From assembly GCA_023515725.1 (NCBI GenBank), contig JALDTO010000266.1:506708-570707 (forward strand): 64,000 nucleotides of DNA. The letters run 5' to 3'. The position numbers were made by a program, and so were the translations under genes. Below, piece after piece: positions 1 to 10,397 of the stretch. This DNA comes from Amoeboaphelidium protococcarum X5 (lineage: Eukaryota; Fungi; Aphelidiomycota). Below the pieces are notes generated by a model. That model saw only the letters and a program-made list of their open reading frames with translations. It searched no databases and had not been told where the DNA came from. Position 1 is the first letter of the stretch. Each line of letters starts with the position of its first letter.

Positions 1-405
1 TCGGTTTTGTAAAATCAAATCTCTTGCCAGCAGACTTGCTTTATTGAAATCGTCATACAAGACCAACGAAGACCTAAATATCCGGTACATCAGGCTAAAG
101 AATCTTTACTGCGAGCACCAACTCGACTACTGGGGCATGAAATTTCGCAACTTGATGGATACCAATTTCAGAGGCATTCCACGTTCACAATACAATTTCA
201 CGCGGTTAAAGTACACCTGAGGATCTTCTGTAGATAACCATTCAGGTTTATTATCATCAAACCAAAAGTGGTGAATATTTTCAAGAGCTGGCAAAGGAAG
301 ATTAGTGATATCCAAAACATCATTATCGCTCTCAGTGCATAATACCTATACCATGAGTAAGACGCATAAGGATAACACGCGTAACCAGACGTGTTAATTA
401 GCCAT
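1..405 (-). CDS. Secreted hypothetical protein (signal peptide, F-box-like motif), runs off the window start
   Basis: ATG at 405 with an in-frame TGA just upstream (412). With TAR=Q it reads MANQHVWLRVLSLCVLLMVQVLC-TESDNDVLDITNLPLPALENIHHFWFD... and is open to position 1. Confidence 0.65.
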
Positions 406-565
406 TTTACATCAATACTAAGCAACAAAATTCAAATTACAAGGTACAGGTAGAAGAGGAAGCTCTTATCAGTGAAAATCCGTATTAGAACAACCCCTGT
501 TTGATTCTTCATTAGCCAATCAAAGATCGATACTGCATAACGAAATAGATTACCTGATCCAAAGC

Positions 566-1411
566 ATGATGATTGAAATTCCGGATATGAAAGTATTCGA
601 GAACAGATGGGTGGAAATCTAGATTCTGTATTCCTGCTTATACACATTTGGCATTCTGAACGTGGTTGCGAGTGTATTGGGAATGTCTGTCACTTCGATG
701 CAGATGCGAATGCCTATTTCCATCACTATTGCATGCTCCTGTTTAGCCATCTCTCTTCCATATAGCCTCTATACATTCTATCAACTCTATGTGCGATGCA
801 GCTAATATATCGGTTATTACTCGGTGCCATTAATAATCGTATCTGTTCTGTTGGGCGTCGCTCTAGGAATTTATCTGTTCAAATCAGTCGGCCGCGTTAC
901 TACAAAATGCGTTGGTGATTCTTAATCAAGGTATTGGATTTGCTTCTACGCGTCCACGTTCGTGTTTTTAATGAGCTGGTACAATGGACTTTAAAATGAC
1001 GATGGACTACTACACCTCTCGGGCGGTATTAGTCCTATCAGTGATTCGTAAAGTGGCAGCTTATTTAAAGGCCATGAATACTTTACAGCTGGCTATTTCC
1101 TACTTACATTCTCTCATGTGTTTATTGACTTTGTCTATTGGTTCTAATGCGTTGATATCGCCTCTAGATGGTATCAGTTTTTATTTGTTGTGTTGAGATA
1201 TGCTGTGCTGTTTCCACTCCTAGATCTGAGTGTTCCATCGACTGATCTATACAGCGTGGCTTTGCTGTTTGTAAGCACAGTTGGTGTTGTTGGAATGACT
1301 CTGTACAATATGTTCTTCATCATGGATCTGTGGGAGGGATTGCGTATGAGACCATAACCGATTGATGCTCTTCCATTAACAAAGTACTCCAAGATGACTA
1401 TCACTGTTTGA
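566..1411 (+). CDS. Hypothetical multi-pass membrane protein (~281 aa)
   Basis: Single frame with no TGA when TAR=Q; several hydrophobic ~20-aa segments; ends TGA 1409-1411. Confidence 0.65.
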
Positions 1412-1488
1412 TTGAATAGTGCTGGATTAATTGTATCATTAATTGTTATCTTTTTTTTTTCTTAACGTGCTCTTACACACTGTAATTA

Positions 1489-1513
1489 CAGTTCGTTTCA
1501 GTAAAATGTCCGA
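1489..1513 (+). repeat. Left terminal inverted repeat of the Fanzor element
   Basis: TA|CAGTTCGTTTCAGTAAAATGTCCGA; shares the CAGT, TTTCA and TGTCCGA blocks with the right TIR. Confidence 0.7.
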
Positions 1514-1904
1514 TCACGGAAAAGTGTTTTGGGCACAAAAAATAATGACGAAGTTTTAAGCACGATACTTCCCTACAACAGATAGTATTAGAACTCGTAA
1601 TGCGAAGCATACGTGTAATTTGAACAATTATAAGTAACTTATGTGACGTCTGTTTAGATAATGCCGCAAAGTTCTCTATTTCATTCTCCAGTGATGGAAA
1701 GTGCCAATTTCTAATCCATCGATTTTAGATTTAAGTAATCAAGTGATGGATTATAGTAATAAGAATACTTTTCCTATATATTATGTAGTTTTTGACTTTA
1801 GAAATTTTCAAACAGTGCCAAGTAATGAAATTCAATTTCATCGTTACTAAAAGCGGCTCTTACAGCGGCTAGCAAACTCCAATTACTGACTTGTTGAAAA
1901 GGCC

Positions 1905-1912
1905 TATAAAAG
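1905..1912 (+). promoter_or_regulatory. TATA box upstream of the Fanzor ORF
   Basis: TATAAAAG ~65 nt upstream of ATG 1975, followed by a pyrimidine-rich tract. Confidence 0.45.
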
Positions 1913-1974
1913 CGCCAGACAGTTCACTATTTCTTCTTCCTCTTTCTTATCTAACTTCTCATAGATAAGAAGAT

Positions 1975-4290
1975 ATGGCAAAGAAAGTAACACGTAAATG
2001 CAAACTAAATACTGTCTTGAATCTTAGCGATGGTGATAAAGAGAGATTGATACCACAGATTCGACTGAGCTCAGTGCACCTCACCTTTGCATCCCGTCTG
2101 ATCTATCTCAGTCTTAATGTATGGAGTGAAGCCGGCAAGGCACTACCTGAGCTATCTCATTAGCAGTATTTCGCGTCAATGCTGGAGTATCTTTGCAACT
2201 CTGCGTTTCATCGTGACAATGAACACACACGAATACTGGCTGAAACAATCGCTCCTGAAGTGCGATAGAGATTGAGGCACGAAAGCCTGATTGGTCCAAA
2301 TCCTAACCTGTACGTGTTTCAAGCGCGTAAGATTATTTAAGCTATCACCTGGCATCTGACTGAAACTATATGGGTCTACTAGAAGAAGGTGATTAAAGCT
2401 TAAATGGAGGCCTTTAATGTAAAAGGCCGAAGGCTTACCGTGTTTCTATAGCTGCTCAACTCTTTGCTGACTGAAGAAGCTGTTAACACGATGGAACACT
2501 TTGGGGGCGAGTACTTGGAGATTAATCCCGCGACTCAGATACATTTGCCTCCTGATTACGATGCTGGTGAAGATGAGGAGACAATTGCGCAATAAGATGC
2601 TGCTATTAAGGACGAGTTGCTGCAGTTGTTATAAGTTGAAGAAGTTCGGCACTTGGTCTCAATGCATCGTCACCATTTATTGGATATTGTCACCACTTCT
2701 TTTAAAGACAGAGCTCCAAGAAGGAGATACAGTAAAAGAAAAGCATAATCTCCTAGTCAGCTGCATGGACTCATCGGTTTCAAGCGATAGAAATCGGGTA
2801 AGATGAAGTAGCGTGATACCCATCAAACATACATGCCATCAAGAGCACACCATGCATTTCAGAATTAGGAGGGCTAGAAAGTTTTGGTCCAATATCTGAT
2901 GTATTTGCGTTAAACTCTCAAGGAGCTAGGCTTGCCATCATTCAAGATTTTCCCTACTGGTACCGATGTTCCGCGCCACATCTGCTTTGACAATAAAGTT
3001 TTGGCTCAGTGGGGATTTGAACAGTATCGCCTGGGCAATCAGTTGGGGGAGGAGTCGAAAGAGGAGGAGGATCAACGGTAATGTATCCTAAGGCTTAAAG
3101 TTTTGGGTCTTTAACAGCGGATGGCTCAATCTAAAAACGTCAGTGTCAGTATCACCTCTGATGGTTTTGCGTGCTCCGTGTCTGTTTCAGATTAAGGTGG
3201 GAAAGCGTATGCAAATGAAGCTTCAGACCTGCAGAGAAAAGCACGAAGCATTGACGTGTCTCAAGTAATTGTTGGGGCTTTTGCTTTGGAAAACTGTCGG
3301 AATCTCCAACAAAGATTAGATGGCTCTCGATTGATTGGCGTTGACCCTGGTAAGAAGAACGTACTGGTGTGGGGCGACGACGCGGACGTCGATGGTGCAA
3401 TTACGCTAAAAGAAGCCAAGAAGGAGCTAAAAGAAACGGGCCACATATCTGCTGGATACTGGTAACGTCTTGCATTGACTACAGAGTCTGAAGCCCATCT
3501 GTTGCATATTAAACCAACTGAAATCACGCTGATGGAGTAAGATATGGCCTAATCAAACACTTGCCAGTAGTATCTCGATGTTTACATCAGATATTTTGAG
3601 GACGTCTATGCCTTCTACTCAAGATCATTCCATCGTAATTGGAGATTCCGACGATTTTGCGCGACCAAGTCTGCGTTTGGTAAAGTCATCAACATGATGT
3701 ATGGCAGACCAAAGCCACCAGTGCCTAAAATCAACGATCGGCGCCGAGGTAAAGCTGCAAAGAAGAGGAAACGCGAACTGCGTAAATCTAATGGCAAGTT
3801 TTCACCTCCAGATAAGCCTCCGGTAATTGCGCTTGGTGACGCTGGTGTGAAGCACGTGCGTGGTAATCCTCCTGTTCCGGTGAGAAAATTCGCGTTTGAA
3901 TTCAGTCGTCGGGCATTGGTAGTTATAACGCCGGAGTTCCACACTAGCAAGCAGCACTCATTATGTCATGCAGATCTTCAATGGGAGCATGAAGTGGTGA
4001 TGAGGTGCCGACACAAGAAGGCAAAGAAGATACTGCCTGGCCGTCGCCGGGCTTAAACTGTCTGCATCAAAGCTGATGGTCCAGAAATCCTATCGTACGA
4101 ATGTCCTGATCGTTTTAACCGAAGAGTCCAATCAAGATTTGGAGTTTGCCCAAACTGCCAAAACACTGGATGTGACGTCTTTGTAGATCGGGACGTTAAT
4201 GCTTACAGGAGTATGGCTCAAATAGTCCGCCATTACGCGATGCATGGTAGCAGACCTTAATGGAATTGCCGCGCCGAAAGGCGCGCCTGA
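1975..4290 (+). CDS. Fanzor (Fanzor1-like, TnpB-family) RNA-guided RuvC endonuclease, 771 aa
   Basis: No in-frame TGA from ATG 1975 to TGA 4288-90, and ~23 TAA/TAG read as Gln. N-terminus KKVTRKCKLN. Motifs: SITSDGFACSV; RuvC-I LIGVDPGKKN (D457); VIALGDA..RGNPPVP; RuvC-II ITPEFHTSK (E654); Zn-finger HSLC...CPNC; RuvC-III VDRDVNAYRSM (D740); C-terminal RPQW. Confidence 0.9.
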
Positions 4291-4350
4291 TATATACAGT
4301 AATGTTTGTCGGACAAACCGATGAAATAGACTGTATTCACTAAGACTAAG
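4262..4350 (+). ncRNA. Candidate Fanzor omegaRNA (scaffold plus 3' guide); ends approximate
   Basis: GNRA hairpin CGCGCC-GAAA-GGCGCG (4270-4285), stem ATACAGT(4294-4300)/ACTGTAT(4330-4336) and inner stem GTTTGTC/GACAAAC (4304-4318). It spans the ORF end and right TIR, where Fanzor/TnpB omegaRNAs lie. Confidence 0.6.
4309..4333 (-). repeat. Right terminal inverted repeat of the Fanzor element
   Basis: TCGGACAAACCGATGAAATAGACTG|TA. Confidence 0.7.
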
Positions 4351-4351
4351 G

Positions 4352-4380
4352 TATATATATCTCTCTCTCTCTCTCTCTCT
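4352..4380. repeat. (TA)n(CT)10 microsatellite
   Basis: tatatatat ctctctctctctctctctct. Confidence 0.9.
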
Positions 4381-4529
4381 ATTCTCGCGGTGTTTCTTTC
4401 AGTTGACGCGATCGTTTCTCGTTCCTTCCATCGTTCTATCCAACCTTCAATTACTGAACACAGTAGGTAGGTTGTTCTCTCTACTAACGTTCTTCTGTAT
4501 TTGTATTGTTGAGAAGGTAATTTGAGGAT

Positions 4530-7500
4530 ATGGAAATAAATTTGGATACTCTTATCAAAGTGAAATATGGCAGTGGTGTCAAGTAATTGTTAGAATCATT
4601 GAGTAAAGATGAAGAGTGGTTGGTGGATATGAGTGATGTAGTCAAGATGCAGGTACTAACTGAAATTCTCAAGTTGCCAGTTCATCATTTGCCGTAGAAT
4701 TTGCGTCATAATTTGGAATTGCGTAGTGCCTTAATTCTTCAGAATTCCGTCGGCTCACTGGTGGATGAAGTAAAGCGGCTGTACGGTGGTGATTTTAAAT
4801 AGCGTCTTTAAGTGATAGAATCAACTGTGCGTTTGGTCATGGCACTGTGTAAATTCCATCCATCCATGAAGTTGGATAGTTAATTTGTCTCATCTTTGAA
4901 CAATTTTGTCAAAGTATGCCAGAAGATTATTAAAGTTTTATCGAGAGAATATTCAGAAGCTTTAAGATAGTTATCCATAAAGTTGATTGTGGCGGTCACT
5001 CCTATAATTGTCAAAGTACCTAATTTGAATGAGCTCATTGATCCGCAGTAAGAATTGAGTGCGTATATCATGTTCCATTTGGCTACCGTAGTCAGTGATT
5101 AATCTATTTGGCCTGGTTCTGATGTGAATTCCATGACGTACTGCGCGTAAATATCCTTCCATAATACGGTTTTGGCATAGATTATTTCCAGTGGATGTCA
5201 TATACGCAATACTCAAGTTTTGACTACGGTGATGAATTTTCTGCGCAGATTTGATCCTTCTAGACTGCCTCAGAAATCGTCAATTGTGGATATCATCGTG
5301 GGCAGTTTGTAGTATGATGTTGACTTCTGGTCCAAGTACATTGATGAGCTTAATGCTTTACTGGAATGTTGCCATGATTTATGCTTTGTGGATATGAAAT
5401 ACTTGGATTTGCTTACATTTATGGTTAGAGTATTTCATGATATTGATATACAAAGGCTTCATGTCATTTTATCTTTGAGAATTGAAGATTTGGGTAATGA
5501 GTATTTGAAATTGTCTCGTAATGGAACTCAGTTCAAGGCTCAATAGAATATTGTCTTTATGCCTAAGTTGTACAACATTCTTATCCCAGCTGGTACTGTT
5601 GCTGAATCTGTGTTTATTGAAGAGAGTCAGTAGGTTTTACTCTGGGATTTCAAGGTTGATTTGCTTTAGATTGCAATGCAAGTGCTGTCTTCTGATACTA
5701 AGCTGTAAACTTCTGATTCGGCTATTGTCCATAGTCTATGCAGTCATGCTAGACTCATTAGTTCTTTGATTGAACATGAGTTGATTGAAATGCCAGAGTC
5801 TGTTATTGAATTCTGCTTTAATCTATCGTCAACATTGGCTATGAATAATCAAGGTGCGGAATTCGTTGGTGCTACTCTATGGATGGCGAATATTGTCTTT
5901 TTCTACGCGCCATCTCTAGTATTCTCTCTGGGATCTGAATTCTTTTTCCAAGTGGATACTATGAAGAGAATTTGGATACTTATTCAAGACAATGTGTCTA
6001 CTGCCGGCACAAGCTGTGAAAAGTGCATCAGTCTTCTCTCGTCAATGCTGCATATGCTTCGCTCTCAGTGTCTTGTATCTAATGTTGCCGGTGATTAGGT
6101 TGATCAATTGTCACTGAATGTTGGTAAATAGATTGCTCTGTTTATTGCGTCCATATTGACAGCTGGTTAATGGAGGAGTAGTGAATGGAAGTGTTACACT
6201 CAAGTAAGTCAACTGATGTACCTTGTTGCTAGTGATTGTTCTCATTTGGTCGCATTCGAGAGTAGTGAATAGTCTCCTGTTTAGTTGCTGTAGCCAGTTG
6301 CGTAGTTTGGAGAGATTTAAAGTTTACTGATGAATCCATAAGTGATGTAATGTTTAGTTGGTAATCTATTCTCCTTAGATTTGCTTTTAGATGTTGATGG
6401 AGACGATTAATACAATGGTCTTATATTGAATATTAAATCGTTGATTTAGTATGTCGCATTACAGAATCAAATCACATTGGATGGCTGTGGATTAGATTTC
6501 GCTTAAGCTTTTGAGGTGATAATGGCATATTTATCTAATGAAGATTTGCCTTTGCTTACTTTAAATACTCTATAATTGGTCGCCGCTCTTGCTAATTCTG
6601 CATCATCATCGTCAAACTGTAATTTGTCATCATAGCAATGGATATCAATTGTGGGTGCTTGTGTGAAAATTGTGTCTTTAAAAAGTTCAAGTACGCCTGC
6701 CTTGAAGATTCCTGCCTATTGCATCTTGGCTTGTGATAGTCTAAATCTGTATGTGGATCAAGATCACGTTAAGCAGCTGATTAATCAGTTCAAGTCATAA
6801 CTATAATCCAAGTAGAGTTTGGATATATTCAAAGGCCATCCTCTTTTGATGCACGTTAATTTAAGTGCCATCAATCGCTGGCTGTTTAGGATGTCTCCCG
6901 AAGTGCTGGATGTTTTGTGTTAAACTGTATAACAGCACATTGAAGCACTATTGTAGGTGATCACTTTTTATGAAGATTCTGTCAATACTTTCTATTAAAT
7001 TAGTTGTATTGCACAAATGTTGGACATGATAAGATTCGCGGCTCTGCGCATAAAGTCATTTCAAATTGGCAGCTTTGTATTCTCGGGTAATATCATGGAA
7101 CTGCTGGGATACACAGTTGGTACGGACGTGGATTAGCTATTGAATGATCTGTAAGAGGATTCGAGTATGAATTTAGAATGGTTTAGAAACATCAATTGGG
7201 CTTGCGGTGATAGCTCAGGTTTATCTCTGAATTATGGTCATTCGTTCTTGTATGATGCATCTACACTGAAGAACTGTGGTCTAGAGTCTTATAAAGTCAT
7301 TGAAGAGATCAACTTTAGTATGTCTGCCAGAGATTGCCGCATATAATGTCTCACGTCTTGGGCAGAACTTTTAATCACCACCATCAATGGCAGTGGGAGT
7401 AACTTAAGTCAGAAGCTCTTAACCGGATCGCTTGATTATGCCTCAAATTTAGCCATGTGCTTGTCTGGGTCTACACTATTACTTTCTGTACAATCTGCAT

Positions 7501-7616
7501 CATCTGTCAATCGTATGCTTTGGACCGTGTGTTGTCACTTGATTTAAAATCTATCTGTCGACAAGTAGCTACTCAATCCAAAAGACACGCTGAGAATTAT
7601 TGAAGCTATCTTGTGA
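4530..7616 (+). CDS. Large Leu/Ser-rich hypothetical protein (~1028 aa), probably alpha-solenoid
   Basis: ATG 4530 (MEINLDTLIK) and TGA 7614-16 are in the same frame as ORF fragment 5766-6098. Spot-checked segments are open with TAR=Q; no family recognised. Confidence 0.7.
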
Positions 7617-7756
7617 TAAATAATGATATTATAGTTACAGAGTATGGAAGTTGTAGTCCTTAAATTTATCTTATTGTTAATTCCTTTTCTTATCTTGATC
7701 GTCAAAATATTTAAATACATCGCAGTAAAAGTCATCTGCGTAATTGTTCCAAAATC

Positions 7757-8732
7757 ATGTCAAGTAAGTCTCTAACCAGTGCTCTCGTTAATCTACCAAC
7801 CTACTCTAAGTAAGCGATAATGACGGCGTGTAGAACTTAAAATTGCGTTAGTGTAAATGTCAGTGGGCGACAATGTTGGTGTAAATTTGAACAAGGCGCG
7901 ACAATTGGTTCTAGATGCCGCATAAAAAGGCTGCCACATGGTGGTTCTACCAGAGTGTTTCAACTCTCCTTATGGCACTAAGTATTTCCCCAAATATGCT
8001 GAGAGAATCAGCGATAGTGTTAACTTGGCTGGCAGCGGTCCATCTGTCAATGCATTGAGTCAAATGGCTCGTGATGCGAAAGTACATTTAATCGGCGGGT
8101 CTATACCAGAAGTTGAGCCAACGAGTGGCAAGTTTTATAACACATGCACAGTGTACAATACGAGTGGAGAGTTGATTGCCAAGCATAGAAAGTTGCATCT
8201 ATTCGATATTGATATCCCGGGCAAGATTCGCTTCAAGGAATCTGATATCCTAGCGCCGGGAGATAAATTAACTCAATTTGAATTACAGCTCCCTTCCACT
8301 AAAGAGCAGAAGAAGCCTTAGATTGTGAAAATTGGTCTTGGCATATGTTATGATGTTAGATTCCCAGAGATGGCAATGATATGTGCGCGTCAAGGCGGAT
8401 GCCACATGATGGTATATCCCGGGGCATTCAACATGACCACCGGCCCGCTGCACTGGGAACTGTTGATGAGAGCGAGAGCATTGGACAATCAAATCTTTGT
8501 GGCCGCGTGCTCTCCCGCTTCAGTCCCAACTGATGGTGATGATTATGTGGCGTATGGACATTCTATGGTTGTATCGCCAGCTGGTCAAGTGCTGGATTCG
8601 CTGGATGGTGATGAAGGTGTGCTTATTGTAGAACTTGATCTCGACTTGGTTCAACAAACGCGCCAACAGATTCCCATTTACACTCAGCGAAGATTTGACG
8701 TATATCCGGACATTTCAAAGTAGAAATAATGA
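7757..8732 (+). CDS. NIT3: Omega-amidase, nitrilase superfamily (Nit2/Nit3)
   Basis: Exons 7757-7763 and 7834-8732 (intron GTAAGT..GTGTAG). LKIALVQ(TAA)M, PECFNSPYG, HRKLHLFDIDIPG and GICYD give the E-K-C triad. Confidence 0.93.
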
Positions 8733-9032
8733 TTTACTCCATCTCACTACTTCTTATTTAGTAAAAGGATTCTTTTATTGTTTTATTTTTGGCAATTTAA
8801 GACCCTGTGACCAAATGATATCGACTACTCCTCAGTATGATCCGGTCTTCAAGCGCGACCTGGAAGGCTTCCGCTTAACTTTGCCGTAATTTCTCTCTTT
8901 CCGCCATCCAATCGTTCTTAATTGATCAATAGTTCAAAGTGGAATATTTTATATCACTTTATCTGAGTAGATTTACTCAATAACAATCTCTATAATAATA
9001 GTAATAAAATCGAAAAAGAAGGAAAGAAGAAT

Positions 9033-9896
9033 ATGAGTAGGAAGTAGACATTCAAGTTGGTGATGGGCGATGTGAAAGAGGGAAGACGGTACCATATTGG
9101 AAGGATAAATACGAGTAAAAAGTTCAATATCTAGGAAGATTTGGAAGAACCTGTGTACCTGTTTAGAGGTAATCCCAATCTTTTAGATTTGGAGAGATAG
9201 ACGAAAAATTAGATGGATGTTGACTAGAAAGATGGTGTGGATCAGAAGAAGGTGATTGGAAAGAACGGCGACATTAGATAAGAGTTGAATAAAGATGATG
9301 ATGTGGATGTTGATAATGATGGCAATGTTAAAATGGATGGGGATAATAATGATCAAGATAAATAAGATCAAGAGAGTTAATAATAATAATAATAAAAGTA
9401 GAAGCGAAAGAAGTAAAAAGTTCAAGTCTATCATTCCGCTCAATAGTGGTAGGAGAAGTTGCAGTTTAGATTAGAGAATCGAGATCCGTATATCATGATG
9501 GATGGCAGTGAGAGTAATATCTATATCGGTAATCTAGAACGCAGCAATGGCTCATACGTACTATTTATGCATAATAGCTCCACGGGCGGGTTCTCTGTAG
9601 TTCCCGTGTCCAATATCTACAAATTTACACCTAGAATCACGTACCGGACATTGACACTGGAAGAGGCAGAGGAGAAGATGGGCTAGAAGCGGAGTAATCG
9701 ATGGTTGATGCATAAGCTAGAGGACGCGTCTGGCAGTGATGTGGATTCCAAATCATTATCCCCTTCTCAGTCATAATAATAACAGAAATTGGAAGTTAAG
9801 AAGGAGTAATAGCGGCGCAAGAAAGAGGCTCTACTGGCCCCATAAGAAGATGAGTAGCTGTATGAACGCATTTTCGACGACGACGATGAGTCTTGA
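9033..9896 (+). CDS. TFG1: TFIIF large subunit (RAP74/Tfg1), short form (~287 aa)
   Basis: Motif YKFTPRITYRTLTLEEAEEKM; frame open from ATG 9033 to TGA 9894-96. Confidence 0.75.
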
Positions 9897-10397
9897 ATAG
9901 TGCCTGTTCTTGTTAGTTGTAGGATTGCAGATCATTGCGATTTACTGAAAAAAATTGATCAATATGTATATATATATATATACTTATTAACATTATGGGT
10001 AGTATTGGGCGTGATGCTCCACTTTCGCTGGCAATATTACGACCAGTTGGTTGAAACTATGGCTGGTTAGGTGCTAATTTCGCTCCTTTATTGATGATGG
10101 ATTTTCAAAGAGTTGAGCATTAGCAAAATTTAATTCCAGACCAACAACTATCCAATATTCACTTTATTAATCGCACACTTTATGCGCCAGACAACGCTAA
10201 TTTCTGTACTGGAGCATTCTTGCCTATTTGCCTATAAGACAGAGTTCGAAAGAGACGGCTGAGGGAGATATTTTTCTCAAAGTCAAATTGAATCGTTTAT
10301 TTCTTTCATCTTCCTTTATTCACTCAATTTACTTCACTTCACTCAATTATAAGGGCGTAGAGTAATAGTAATATTATAAATTGGAATTGGAATTGGA

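Larger units (their letters stand above)
1489..4333 (+). mobile_element. Non-autonomous Tc1/mariner-type DNA transposon carrying a Fanzor gene (no transposase)
   Basis: TA at 1487-88 and 4334-35 flanks imperfect TIRs. Left 1489-1513 is cagttcgtttcagtaaaatgtccga; the reverse complement of right 4309-4333 is cagtctatttcatcggtttgtccga (16/25 identical, CAGT termini). The only long ORF inside is the Fanzor. Confidence 0.75.

Noticed and set aside
1821-1850. Hairpin AGTAA-TGAAATT-C-AATTTCA-TCG-TTACT followed by CTAA as a Helitron end
   Set aside because: It is AT-rich, the spacing does not fit a Helitron terminus, and the TA/CAGT TIR model explains the element better.
1975-4290. Fanzor as a stop-riddled pseudogene
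   Set aside because: All interruptions are TAA/TAG (Gln in this genome). There is no TGA or frameshift, and the catalytic triad is intact.
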